64,000 nt of DNA. Origin: Vicugna vicugna (lineage: Eukaryota). The notes beneath the pieces were generated by a model, which did no database searches, was not told where the DNA came from, and saw nothing but the letters and a program-made list of their open reading frames with translations. The stretch lies in contig MU058213.1 of assembly GCA_013265495.1 (NCBI GenBank), positions 2,852,001-2,916,000 of the forward strand, in the 5' to 3' direction. Made by a program: the position numbers and the translations under genes. Positions 1-13,725 of this stretch are shown one piece after another; position 1 is the stretch's first letter; every line of letters starts with the position of its first letter.

Positions 1-560
1 AATATCATTAGTTATCAGGGAATATAAACTGAAATCACGATGAGATATTACTACATACCCTCTGGAATGGCTAAAATTAATACACTTGACTTCACCAACC
101 TGTGGCAAGGATATTGTTGGTGGAATTATAGAATCTTACAATGACTTTGTAGAACACTGACAATTTCTTATAAAGTACAACATATGTTTAACACATAGCC
201 CAGTATTTCACTACTAGGTATTTACTCAAGAGAACTGAAACTTTTATCCACACAAAGACTTGTGCATGAATGTTCATGGCAGCTTTATTCATAATAGCCA
301 AACAGTTTGATGACAGTCATACTTTGAGCGACAGCAGAGGATGAAGGCAAAGAAAAATGGATACAACAGCACTCAAGTGATTTCTCTTCCCAGGCAAAGA
401 GGGAGTACATATACGTCTTTCTCAGAACAAAACTGGGAGACGAACGGTGGTAACAGCTGCTCAACAACATGAGCGCGCCAGTGCCCCAAGCTGTACACCT
501 ACACGTGGTTCAAGTGGCAAATTTTATGTTCTACATATGTTACAATTTTTCAATAAACAG
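1..560 (+). mobile_element. Old L1 (L1MB/L1MC-like) ORF2 end and 3' UTR fragment
   Basis: L1 3' motifs: 'ctggaatggctaaaatt', 'tgaatgttcatggcagctttattcataatagccaaa', 'aattttatgttctacatatgttacaa'. Confidence 0.8.
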
Positions 561-1369
561 GAAAAAATTAAATCGGTTTGTACTTCACAGCAGATAAAAA
601 GAGATGGGCAACAGAAAACATCAAGAGGAAAAGGCAATGTTGAAAAAGCAATAGTTTCAGGAATTAAGTATTTTTTCATAAGTCTAAACAGACCTATCTT
701 GGTTGGACACACAGAGTTTCTCAGCAACAAAGGCCCATTGTTCCTCTTTATATTTTGACCCATTCACTAAATAGTAGCATAATTCTTCAGAATTTCAATT
801 GAGGAAAATTCGTAATAGCATCCCTGAAGACTTAACGTAGTATGCTTATTCTGTCCCACCCGTCCCCGCCGAACAGGTGTCTAAGCTCTGCCCTCTCATC
901 CTGGGATGCATGATATAGATGCTCTATGGTCCCCTTAATGTCCTGCCATGATGCCACTTCGGCAAAGATTTTTTCCCTTGACTAATCCCCAAACATTCCT
1001 CAGCTGTGCTTCACGTTGTTCTTCATGGACTCGCAATCACCTTACTGTTCTGCCCAGAGATCTCTGTGGTTTCACATCCTAGGAGTCCTACTCTCTATGC
1101 CCTGGTCCATGTGTCCTTCGCTGAGTATGTCTGTGAAACACACTCACCAGCCAACTTCTCGGTGTCTCATCCTTAAGTGACATTCTGGAGAATTTTTTTT
1201 CTAATTATTTTCATAATAATAGTTGCATTTAATCTCACCAGCAGCCAAGTGTCTTCCTTAGTGGACCCCACTCTGTCTACAGCCTTTCTCAGTACCAGTC
1301 ATGGTTTTCCTTCCCTCCCTGATTCAGAGTTTTTCCTTTCAATTTTTCTCCTTGTTGTAAAGTTAGGCT

Positions 1370-1485
1370 AATAACGGTGTCTGCCTCAGAGTTGTTATGA
1401 GGTTTAAATTAGATAGTTTAGTAAAGCACTTAGAACACTGCCTGACACATGGTCAGCACTAAGTAAGTGGTAAGCATTATTATTA
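1370..1485 (+). mobile_element. MIR SINE fragment
   Basis: MIR core and tail: 'cctcagagttgttatgagg...gtaaagcacttagaacactgcctgacacatggtcagcact'. Confidence 0.75.
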
Positions 1486-4289
1486 CTTGGTCTCCTCTGA
1501 ATACAATGGAAAACAGAAACACTTCTCTCACCACTGTTTAGTGTATGATTATTCTACTATTTTCACTGATCTTCACTGTTGTCCTGTCCTGGGGACACCT
1601 ACAGTTCAGCCACTAGGCAAGGTTAGCAACACCCTAAAAAGCAACCTGAACAAAAGGAAGCTTTCTTACAGCATTATCGAGTATTCTAAGAACATCTACA
1701 AGTTCCTTGCACTAGCACTGCCTATCTGCATGACCTTCAACAAACTAGCTATCAGAAAGCTTCAGATTCCTTATCTACCAAATGAAGATAAATAGGAGAA
1801 GCTTTGGATTATGGTTTTTATTAGGTCAAAAATATGGAACAGAATGAGCAAAGAGAAAGAAAAGAATGATATATAGGAAGGAGTCACAGCTGAATAAGCA
1901 TAGAGCCCTACTTATCTGTTGAAGAAGAACCATGCTCTGCATCTATCAGCCTCACAGCTATGTTCTACAAAACTATTCTACACTATCTCAAACTATGAGA
2001 TAGACTTCTCAATAGCATAAGAAAAAATAACAGATAAGCAGCACAATGGAGGTATTCTAAGAGAGGATACATAGCCCCTTAACTGAGTCAGAAAAAAAGT
2101 CTCAAACTTCAGCTCCCTTTTAATCCCATGAGACCAGAATTTAGCTAAACTCTTTCATGGCAGACTAGAGCCTAACAGGATCAAAACACAGTTCAAGACC
2201 CCTCTTATAAGCACTTCAGTATATAAGTTCAGTCAGTCCTTGATATATCAGACAATGTTTGGGGCTCTTTGTTTAGAAAGTGGCAGAACTCTGCAGAGCC
2301 TCTGCTCTGACAGCTCCGTTTGAGTGGAAGGGAAAAGCAGGGAACATGACCTCAGCCAGTATCTTCTTCCCTTTCATGATGAGAAAAATGTATTGAGAAA
2401 ACTAAACATAAGAGAATCCATTTCAATTCTTGTGTTAATGAAACAGAACATGAGGTTTAGGCTTATTTTAGAGGCAGATCAGGGTATAATCTGTTCTAAT
2501 CACTGACTCAAGGATTCTCTATTCCATCTCTTTCCCAAAAGTCTCATGGAAAGATTCAGCATGCATCTGATTCTTTCCTAAAATCGAACTGATGAAAGAA
2601 TTGCAGAGAATCCGTCTGTTATTATGACCCCTCCTTACTTCTTCCTCAGGCAACTGGTGCTATATTCACCAAACTCAGAAAGCTATGTGAGCACACAATC
2701 ATGTTTTGGAAACTGGGCATCTGTTCTACAGACTGAAGGGTTTTGTAAAGATAATACTGTTCAGTTACTCTTATGAATTATATTTAAAGCTGTCATTATG
2801 GCTCTCTGTGTGGGAGATACTTAGCATGCACCAGTGTAAGTACCTTGGAGCTGTAACAACAGACATGGGGCATCCTCCACAAAGGAAGCTTTTTGAGGTA
2901 AGAGACCGTGTGTGATTATTTCACACGAGAAAGAGAACAAGATATGTACCACCTCATCCACTAGACAAGAGCTTGCCCCTAGCGTAGCTCCCATGTATAA
3001 AAACAAAATAAAAAGAAGCCTTGAAAATATAAATTGAATAACATCCTGTTAACATAACAAAAAAAGAAATCTTTAAATTTAAAATGTTTTAATCTTGCAA
3101 CACTACCAAGGTTAAGCGAAGTCCTTTGTTTAAACCAAAGCTGTTGACTGATGTTATCACGGAAACTGTACAGTTACTAGGCTGAGTTTTCACAGAGGAG
3201 AACATTAAAGCACCCAAATCACAGATTGAACAGAGCTTAGGCTCTTAGGCAAAGTGAGTCTGTAGTTTATTCCTTTTACTGGAGCCACAACTTCCTACCC
3301 TAGTCCAGATGTTTATAAACATCTAAAAAGGAGCAAGCAGTCTGAGGCAAACCGAGGACAAGTAGTCAGGCGGCTCCTGCAATTCTAGTCCAGGATTTCC
3401 CTGAGGTTCAATATACAAACAGTGGAAATTTTATTTATTTTTAATGTAAGGGCAAGTACTGTAAACAAGAATGACTCAGGAAGTCAAATGAAATAGTCAT
3501 CAAGAGATTTTGTACGTAGACAGCTCCACAGACTACTAAATGAAGGCCCATAAAGGATGCCAGTGTGACCTTCTACCCAGGACAACTCAAGAAAGAGGAA
3601 GAACATCCCTTAATAAAAGGAGGGGAGATGATTAGAGAAAAGTCCACTGTGTGTCTTTTCTGTAGTCCATGGGCATTAGACAAAGAAAATTTGGTCTGGA
3701 GCTAAGATTAGCCCGTCAGTTAAAATGACCTAATTTCAGAAGAGAAAATATACACCTAACTGCAGGGACTGACCCCATCTCTACATCTCCAATCCCTCTA
3801 CCATTTGAGTTTGTGTCAAGAGAATATTCTTCGGGGTAAACATAGCCCAAAGGTAAAGACTCATGGTATCACAAGCTATGAGACGAGTAATAATCAAAAG
3901 CTCCAGAATTAAGCAACAGGGGAAACAGGATGAGCTAGCTTTGCCTATCAGCCTCTGACTTATTGCTTCAGGCTCTTCAGAATTCTAACAAAACTCTATG
4001 CCTAGAAATCTTAAAACATACGATGCATTGTTAAGCAAAACTTAGTGTAACAGATCATTCCAAGATTACATACACACAAATTAAACAATTATGCGATTCT
4101 TATTCTAGGTCTTCATGGTAGGAAGAGTCAACATGAATGGCAGCATGTATTAAACTAAAGAGCCTTCTTTTATCGAGAATGCATAAAAATTTTCCTGATT
4201 GGAGACTCTGAAACTACGATGTGAATCAGGTTTGTCTATGGATAAATTTTTAGATAAATCTAAAAAATTCACATCTCCAAATATGGCCT

Positions 4290-4383
4290 TATCTAGATTG
4301 AGGCCCAGAAACAAGCATCTTTAGAAACACACAGGTGATTCTAATGGAGGTAGATGGAGGCCCACACTTTGAGAAACACTGCA
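4290..4383. mobile_element. MER5-type (hAT-Charlie) fragment
   Basis: 'caggtgattctaatg...cacactttgagaaacactg' terminus. Confidence 0.55.
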
Positions 4384-7300
4384 TTGTATGTACTCCCAGT
4401 GCCTTATCAGTCCTCCCTAATAGGAGGAGGTCTACCAGCTTCTTCTACAGAACACCATTCAAGCTGATACAGCTTCCACTGGGCAAGCTTGAGTGAATGT
4501 TTTTAAATGTGAGGATAAATCCTTTTGATAAAATGTTTTCTTTTCTGTTCATTAATCTATTTCATTAACCCTACGAAAATCAGCATTGAGAAAGAATGCT
4601 TTGGGCCAAAAAGAAAAAAAAACAAAAAATTAACTCTTTAAGAAGTTCACACTGCCTGAAAATTTCCTGGCTCTAAGTAAGTCAGCTTAACAAGGAGCAG
4701 TGTCACTGAAGGTCATCTGGCTGTAACTTCTGAACATTTCTCCAAATTCCTCTTATTAACTCCCCATCATGTTCTATGTGTTTTTCACCCTACCAAACAT
4801 ACTGACTTTACTATGTATTAGCCTTAGGATTTTTCAAGTATTGAAACTAGTGCTCAGATATTAATTACTGTCTTTGGAGAATCTGTATTTTGATCAGATC
4901 TAATCTGTCTCCTTCCTTCTGTTTACCTAAACAGTTTTAGCCATACAAAGAATCTTTTCTGCTCTTAAGAACAAAGAAATAAAGTGAAGAAGAGCTGCCC
5001 CAGCTAGTTATTTAAACCACTGACTAAAATACAAACCAAGAGCAAGAAGTTGAAAATAATTGGTCTATTTCCTCAAGTAAACAGTTCTTCATAACTTAAA
5101 AGCATGTATGTCTCTCATTGACCTTCGGTTCCCCTAGTTAGTCCAGCAACTCAAAATATGAACCATTTAGTATGTGGATTCGAAAGTATATTTGTCAAAT
5201 CACGTTTCCCAAAACCTATCTAAGTACAACAAAAAATTCATAGAAGCAACGGACTTGGCTGAAATAAGCACAAGCCCCATCTTTCAAGCCTGAAAGTTTC
5301 ATGCAGAGTTTACTGTATTTTCTCTCAAACTTTGTCTTCAGCTTGTTTTAACATAAGGTTGGTATTTCTTCTAAAGTGCTAACTGTCGAGAGAGTATTAA
5401 TCACAATTCTTTTTGCAGAGGACAAAAAGATACTCAAGCTAATTTAAGCTTGACGGTTCATGTACCCAAATCCTAAGGACATGGGTAATGCTGGCTTCAA
5501 GACCAGTTTGGTCCAAGGACTCGCAGAGCACGAGGGCTCTCCCTCTCCCAGTCAGTTCTGTGTACTGGTCTCCTTCACTCAGACAGAAAACACAGCTGCT
5601 GACTACTCTTGTTATCCAAGAGGAGGTTCTTGTCTCATTGCAGAAAGAATTCAGGAACGAGACATGGAGGTCAAGAAAGTCAAGTGAGGTTTCAGTAAGT
5701 GATACAGTAGACTCTGAAGGGGAGAGTAGGCCAACTCAGGCGAGTAGCTACGTGGAGTTTCTTTGGCAAGCCAGTTGCATAAGGTGTAAAAAATGAATGG
5801 ACAGAATACTCATTGGAGAGGGAGGGGTTTGGGGTCCTGGTTCCTGAATTTTATCCCAGCTCCACTTTCCTGAGGGGAAGAGAGATTTCTGTCCTTATTT
5901 AGTCTTGACTGGAAACTTAGATGAGGACATAATGAGCAAAAGGTTACTTTCAGATGCTGGAGATTCCTGTCTTGTCCCACCTTTATTTTCCTTCAGGACA
6001 CTTGTCAGCCCAAAATGTATGGTTTCTTATCTGTTCAGAGGTTCCTGCTTTACTTGGTCTGCCCAAGGGCCCCTGCTGTTCACAAGATGTATGGTTTCCT
6101 GACATTTGGCCCGTGTCCACCTTTCTCTGCTCATATCTAGCTCTCTCCCTGACGCTCTGAGGTCATATGCTAAGGGCTCACAGTCTAAGGAGGAGGGAGT
6201 TACAGGTTTATTGTGATTGGAATGACTGGAACAGGGAACAGGCTGCCCAGTTCCTCACAGGAAGGGAGGAAGAGCTACTGGCAGTGCGGGATGGGGAGGA
6301 GGAAACAAGCTGGGCAGAGGAAAGGCCAGCAGGACAGTGCCCACGTGTGGCCTTGTGTCTGAATGATCCAGTGTGATTAACTGACCAATTAGCATGAATT
6401 TTCCTGCAATCCTGCCAGAGCTGATACTGAAGTTAAAAAAAAAAATTAAAATATTAAAATCTGAGTAATTTGCATTCCTTTATTAAACTTAACGAGCACA
6501 TCATTGCCTACTTAAAATTATTTTCGTAATTCTTTCTCCAAGCATGAATAGAAAGTCTTCCTAGTTCTTCTTTAATGGACAGCTTGCACTCAGAGTCCTT
6601 CATGGAAAAATGCAGAGCCACAGGCCTATTTTGCATTAAAAAAAGAAAAAATTGTCCTGGACAGTTTGTTCCTAACTCTTAGCAGGTTCTCTCTTTTTCT
6701 TAGATGTTGTTAGGGAAAGCCAGGGTTTGACATTCTAAAGATTTGGGGAGTTTTGCTTGGGTTTTCTTTTTTCTAGTTTTTTGGGTTCTAAGAAGTCCTG
6801 CATCTTTCCACTTGGTAGAAAAACTGGAAGATGACGGGAAAGTACAGGAGCAGATACTCTTACATTTTGCTAATTCTCAGGCTCATTTATATACATACTA
6901 TTCAGAGAACTTATGAATCCAGCATCTACCTCCCTCAGCACCAGAATGTGGCTCCCAATACTTCCACACTCTCAAATTCTCATGTTTGGTTCAACCAATT
7001 GCTTCTCCATGGTTACTTACTTAATGATCAGTTATTTTGAAAACACAGACTTTCATTAACCACTATTTGTAACTCATCAACAACTTTACATATAATGTAT
7101 TAAAAGGTCATATAACACTTTTTCACAAAACATAACTGAAAACATAACTACATAATAAACTGTGATAATGATTTTTAAACCATGATTATAGGGAATAAGA
7201 TATACTAATGTGTCTATTAAGAATGCAACTCCCTTTTCACACAAAACTCAGGTCTATATTAGGAAAAAGTACTCTACTTTAAGTTTTTGCTTCTAATTTT

Positions 7301-8559
7301 ATTAGAAAATGCCTTTGAAGTATCTTTTTTAAAGCAGCAGCAATACCTGTTTTGTCCTCTGGTTTATTTCTATCCAATACGCCTAGAATCATGATTTGGT
7401 TGGGGTTATGCAGTGGAGGAATGGTTGAAGAATGAAGGGAAAGGAACGGAGAAAAGGAGAGAGAAATGAAAGTTCTTGCTGTATTTAAGTATAGATGATT
7501 TTGATTCTGACAAATTTGTAAAACCACAGCAGTTTCTTAGTGGGTCATTTAGTAAACTACTGCATTTATAAACTATACCTATATTGGCACATAAGTTTCC
7601 TAAATTAAGTTTAATTTATCTTGTGATTCAGAAAGTATTTTAAAGAAATTGAGCCTAAAATTTTATATTTAAAAAGAAGCACACACACACAAAAAAAATC
7701 ATCTGTATGGAACATTTCAATTTTAAGGTTAACCTTGCTGGCAAATTACCTTTGCACCAGCCGCTCATCAAAGGCCTATAAAAATTTTTCTAATAAAATA
7801 ATGCAGAAAAATACATTACATCAAATCTGCCAAACAAGATTCTCATAGGTTTCTGCTGACTAACTGCTTAATGCTGTACCTGGTTTAATGCTTGCTTAGG
7901 CATTTGCACCAAATAAGTATAATACAGAAGTGACACCAATTACCAATACTTGAACACATAGAGAAACAAGCTTCAAAATTTCACTCTTAGAAGAATCAAA
8001 ATCAAAGAAGATGTGACAAATGCATAGTCCAGCTTTCACATCTGAAAACTAAAATCAAGCCAACACAGAAAATCACATGTTCCTACAGCCCTGGGCCATC
8101 TTAACTCCACTGGTTCATTTTCTCTATTTTTGAGCGTGAGTCCTTCACCTTTCCTACTTCCCTGAAGGCTCTGCACACCTCAAGATGTATGACAGTGATG
8201 ATCTGAAACCAGTCTGAATACCAGAGCAGCTGCCACACTTTAGCAAGAGAACAGGGACACACTGGTGCTGATCCGAATCCCTGGGGTTTGGCCAGAGAAT
8301 GACCGGCTTTAGGATCCACAGGCAGCGTGTCTCTTAGCCCACAGCCTCCTATCCACCAGATGCCCTCCAGGATCATTTGGCTGTTGGCTAGGGGACAGGC
8401 TACAGAGAACAGTGGGACACAGGTGAGCTTTCCAATCACGTTCCCTCCCAGAGGCTGGAGCCACATCTGGGACAAAAAGGACACTCAACTTAGGGCCTTC
8501 TTGCTCCAAGTTTTCCCAACACTGTGATCTCAGAGTCTTACAGCCAGGCCATAAAAAAA

Positions 8560-9230
8560 GTCACTATCGGTAAAATAGGCTTTTTCATACTGTGCTGGTG
8601 AGACTGTAATTTGGCTCAGCCCTTCAGGACGAAAGAGATGCATGCACTTTGACATATTAATTTCACAGAAAAAAATTTATCCTAAGGCAATCAGAGATTT
8701 GATGGAAGCCCTATGTTTAAAAAGTGTTAATTAGGTTATTATAAGAAAAAAGACTTGGAAACAAAATAGTGATTTGATTGAATAAGTGGTACTAGGTCAA
8801 CAAAATTAAATATTACCAAACATAAAAAAATACTTCTTTTTTTAAAAAGAAATATTATAAAACTGCTTTACCGGAACTACAAAAGTTGTTAAAGAAGAAA
8901 TGTTCGATTTGAACTTCTGAACACAGGTGCAGAAAGGTCCCTCCAGTGCCAGAACACTGGTTAAAAAAAATACTTCTGAAGAACAATTAATATCATGGGC
9001 AAATGTTCATGATAGTTCAAGTGAAAAAAATCAGCAACAAAAATTTAATATACTGTTTAATTCTTTAAGAAATACATATTTAAAATGCCTTTGTGCATAA
9101 GGAAAGACTATAAAAACATACACAAAGTATTTAATATTGGCTCTGTTTATGTAATAGGATGAAACATTGACTTTAATTTTTGTATTTCAGTATTTTTCCA
9201 AAATGTTTTAAATGAACAGGAATGATGACT
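8560..9230 (+). mobile_element. Highly diverged L1ME-like 3' fragment, interrupted at 8838-8963
   Basis: 'tgctggtgagactgtaatttgg', 'aatttatcctaagg', 'gggcaaatgttcatgatagttcaagtgaaaaaa'. Confidence 0.55.
8838..8963. mobile_element. Short insertion of unknown origin flanked by a 14-bp target-site duplication
   Basis: Identical direct repeat aaaaaaatacttct at 8824-8837 and 8964-8977. Confidence 0.7.
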
Positions 9231-12017
9231 GGTAAATGTTGTATTTCTTTTCATTATTTGTTTACTGAAAATAGTTTAAGTCTAGAAAAGAAATGACTCT
9301 CGAAAAAAAAAGTCAGAGCCCAAAATTTCATGCTTCCTCCACAAGATTTGTAAATTGAGAATTAGATGGAGCATCCCCCCTGAACCTGAAGGGGGAACCC
9401 AGAGGCTGGGGCAAAGGGAAGGTAGCTCTCCAAGCACTACCCAAGCAAGGAATCACCAGCCTCCATCATCAGCACCTCCCACCCGGGGACTTAATGCATC
9501 TGCTCTCTATACCCTGAGTCATCAACAGAATTCATCAATTCTCCAGGAGACTTCTGCTAAGGTTACAGCACTCATCACTGCTGTGCAATTGTCTTTTCTA
9601 AGATAATCCAAGATTGTACACAGCAGCAGACTTCAATGATGATATACAAACCTTCCATTTACACAGTCAAAAAAGGTTGGTAAAGAAGATAAATATCTAT
9701 CACAAGATACATTTCTGGTTCCAGACAAAGATATTTTTCAGTTGCCAGTAAAAACTACCTGATAGCTGTCCAATTAAGATTTCTGTGTTCTTGGACCAAT
9801 CCCAGGGCCAGAGACAAGTGTCCAGAAGCTGAGAAGTCCATAGGAGTATAAATCTCTATCAGGCCAGGAAGTCTGCGCCAGGTGTCAGCTGGTTCTGAAG
9901 ACTCATGGCCTGCCCCTGAAATCAGAGCTTAGAGAAGCCACTTCATGTGCTCTTGAAAACAGCACTTTCTGAGCTCATGTTCCTTAACCCGCAGCCCCCA
10001 GGCCCACCCTAGCAATTCTAGGTCCAAAATCCAGTCTAAGGCACATGATGCCCCGATGAACCTGGGAACCTTCTAGACATCCAGAAATGACCAGGAGCAG
10101 AAGACAGAGTTCTTCCTTCCTTCTAACCACACCAGACTTCCTCACACCTCCAAATCCCCACATCTGCCCAGATTGGTTGGTTGTAAGCTTTACAGAGCTG
10201 GCCTGAGTCAATCCAAATTCTGGAAATGGCTTCACAGAGGTCCTGGGTGCTCTAGAAAACCCATCATGGTATTTACTGAGAGCGGCTATAGTCCCCCTAC
10301 TAAGGTACGTGCTGAAGGGCACACACATTTCTCAGACCACAAAACTGTCAGATTTGGGCACATCATTCGTGGCCAATCACTGATCAAAGCCAATCTTACA
10401 CACAGCTACCCAAAGGTGAAGATTATTTTGGCTCCTTTCCACCTTTCCTTTAGTTTTTCATGAAGTTTCTACTTTCTCTATGTTCCTTCACCAGAGCCAA
10501 GCTGGGTTCAGCACTTCCCCAGCAAGTCTTCCCGAGACAAGATTTCTCAAAAGCATTCCTTTCCAAGAGGACTCCTTGTCCAAGTTGTTTGGCAAAACTC
10601 AGAAAACCACATGTTACCTGGAGATGAACGCTGCACCCTGGCATATTTAAGACTGAGAAATGCCAGTAAAGATTTTGTTTAATCTTACATTTCTTAAATA
10701 TAGTCAATTATAGAACTGGTCACCCATCCTGACACAAAATCCCTTTAGGCATCTAGTGGAACTAGCATTTTGTAGAAGATTCTTTGGGATATGCTTTGGA
10801 ACACAATAACTTATCTTCCCCAGAAGTGTCTTAAAGGCTAATTTTAAGATTAAATCATGACTTCCATACAAACATAATGTAAACATGTATCATAGACTAC
10901 ATTTAACTTATTAGGGGAGCCAGTAAAATGTTACAATAAATCCAAAAGGAACCCCCAAAAGTAGACACACATTTAGAAAATAAGGAACTTTGAAATGAAT
11001 TTGCAAATAATGTAAAATGGGCTATTCAGGAGGCAATAAATAACTGCATCTCACTGGACACAATTTATGTCCAGCACTTCTATGGACAAGAATCACTTGT
11101 ATTATCATCAGTTTGCTACAATCTTCAGGGTTGTAAAATAACTCAAAACAATGGAAGACAGCTATATTCCAGACGGATAACCTAGGCAAGATACCCAAGA
11201 ATCTTGCTTTGCCCGTTTCAACATCTTTCACAGTTTATCCTACACGTATTTTCTTTTCAATCCAGAATTTCTAGAGACCAAAAAGAAAGAAACACAAACA
11301 GGCAGTGGGAAATTAACTTCAAGTCCTACCATCTGAGCTGCTAGCTTCCATGCTTTCTGAACGGCTGACTTACATGAAGCAGCTGGGATTTCCAGACTGC
11401 CTCCTTCAGTATACCACACGGTACCAACTCACACTCCAGCCTCTTCTCTCTGGGCTACAGTTTTGCTTTTCTCCCCAAATGACTATTTCCTCAAGTCCTC
11501 TGAGATAGCAGGGTAACTTCAGATATTTGAGATTAACATCTCAACATGTTGCATATTTGCATACTGTAGCAGATTCCTCTCAAGTGTTTCTAGTCATCTG
11601 GAGATGACTGCTGTATGTGGCCACAAGGGACTTTTGATAGAAGAATTAAGTAGGCAAATTTTTTTATTTTAGGACTACGAACATCTGCTGAAGCAGAAGA
11701 AGGTCTGACATGATCCGGATCAAGTTCTCACTGTGGAACACATTTGAGAAGGGGGAGATTTCGTAAAGCAGCTATCACCTCCTTGGCAGATTCTGAGAAT
11801 CACAGAGAGACTGCACATGCCGTACTGCTACTGCTCAGCTGGGCAGAAACCCCATATGCAGGGCTCATGGTGTTGCAGGCAGCAACAAAGCACTCCAGTG
11901 CAGTCATGAGGGTTGCCAGCTGTTGTCAATGGTAGACTATTAACCTCACTCTCACCAAACTGAACGCAAGCATTAAACTCCTTGGTAAGACTGAATGGGG
12001 CTTCGCTTCATTGTCAG

Positions 12018-12300
12018 TTTAAAAGGGAGCAGTACCCTGTGGGCCCTTCCTGATACAAATCCTTTCTGTCCCATTTCTCTTTTGCAGGAAATAGGCTTCA
12101 GGCAGCTCCCTTGACCTTCCCTGAGTTCCAAAGGGCAGATTCAAACAACTGCTAGTCTGGGAAGGGAGGGAGTGCAGAGGTGAAGGAGCAACAGTCAACA
12201 AACAATAGTGCAGCCTTCAGGCAGGGTCCTGGCTTCTCCTCAAGGAATACACTTAACAATATCTTTAAATTCTTCTGCAGAAACTAAGCCCCCCCCCCAG
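12018..12300 (+). mobile_element. Truncated ERV1-type LTR (5' part), related to the LTR at 37697
   Basis: Shares 'gagcag.ac.ctgtgggc', 'gaaataggc' and 'ttccctgagttcc.a...gcaga.tca' with 37697-37830. Confidence 0.6.
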
Positions 12301-13028
12301 TCCCTGCCTCTTATTCATGGCTGAGCAGAGTATTCAGAGACAATTTTTTAGGGGGGACACAGGGTCCACCAGATTGTCAGCATTCCGATTAAAAGCAACT
12401 ATCTCTTTTGTTACTAACACTGTTGCCCTTAGGACCATACATATCCCTGCCCCTCCCTCAACTAGAAACCAAATATTCTTATCTGAGTCTCAGGAGAAGA
12501 AACAAGAACTGGTTAGAATCAGTGAAGCTCAAGATGACGGAGGATTTGACTTCCAGTGGAGCCTCCCTAGACACTCACCATAATGTATCAGCATGCTAAG
12601 TGACACCCACCGGCACCAGGACAGTTGATGATTGCCATGACAACAAACAGGAGAGCCCATACAACAATGAAGACAAGGCGACTGGCTCCAGCACGCCAGG
12701 AATGAGAATCTGGTAGTGGGAGCCTCCCATAAAAGCCCACGTGGCCTGAGCCGCAGCTGGACTCGTCTTCACTGGCCAAGCTGGCTTGACAGCTCCCTGC
12801 TGCAGCACTTCTCTTCCCTGCTCCCAGAAATGAAGCACCTTTTGCTCTGTCCCTCCGCCTCAGCTGTGAATTCTTTCCAGCCGGCAGGTAAGAACCACCT
12901 TTTGTGGGGTCCCCATTCTAACGGGGAGTCTTCCATCCATTAAACAAGTTCGTAGGAGTGAGAAGTTCATAAGCTGGGAGATCTTACTCTTTTTAGCATT
13001 AAGGCTTCTGTTAAATGACTCGTTTTGA

Positions 13029-13725
13029 CCCAGGACATATTTCACAGAACTAGAACAAATCATAATAAAATTTATATGGAACCATCAAAGACCTAGAATT
13101 GCCAAAGCATTACTGAAGAGAAAGAAAGAGGATGGAGGAATAACTCTCCCAGACTTCAGACAATACTATAAAGCTACAGTCATCAAGACAGCATGGTATT
13201 GGTACCAAAACAGACATATAGACCAATGGAACAGAATAAAGAGCCCAGAAATGAACCCACAAACTTTCGGTCAACTAATCTTCAACAAAGGAGGCAAGAA
13301 TTTACAATGGAATAAAGACAGTCTCTTCAGCAAATGGTGTTGGGAAAACTGGACAGCAGCATGTAAAACAATGAAGCTAGAACACTCCCTTACACCATAC
13401 ACAAAAATCAACTCAAAATGGATTAAAGACTTAAACGTAAGACAAGATACAATAAACCTCCTAGAAGAAAACATAGGCAAAACATTATCTTACATACATT
13501 TCAAAAATTTTCTCCTAGAAGAAATAAAAACAAGAATAAACAAATGGGACCTAATGAAACTTACAAGCTTCTGCACAGCAAAGGAAACAAGAAGTAAAAC
13601 AAGAAGAAAACCTACGGAATGGGAGAAAATTTTTGCAAATGAAACCGACAAAGGCTTGATCTCCAGAATATATAAGCAGCTCATACGACTCAATAAGAAA
13701 AAAATAAACAACCCAATCCAAACAT
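13029..13725 (+). pseudogene. L1 ORF2p C-terminal fragment, open reading frame up to the gap
   Basis: Translation contains L1 ORF2 motifs '[24 protein letters not shown]', '[10 protein letters not shown]', '[16 protein letters not shown]', '[16 protein letters not shown]'. It lacks the EN/RT domains, so it is non-functional. Confidence 0.9.

Noticed and set aside
12317..12943. Cluster of overlapping short ORFs as a processed pseudogene
   Set aside because: No recognisable protein similarity, poly(A) tail or TSD.
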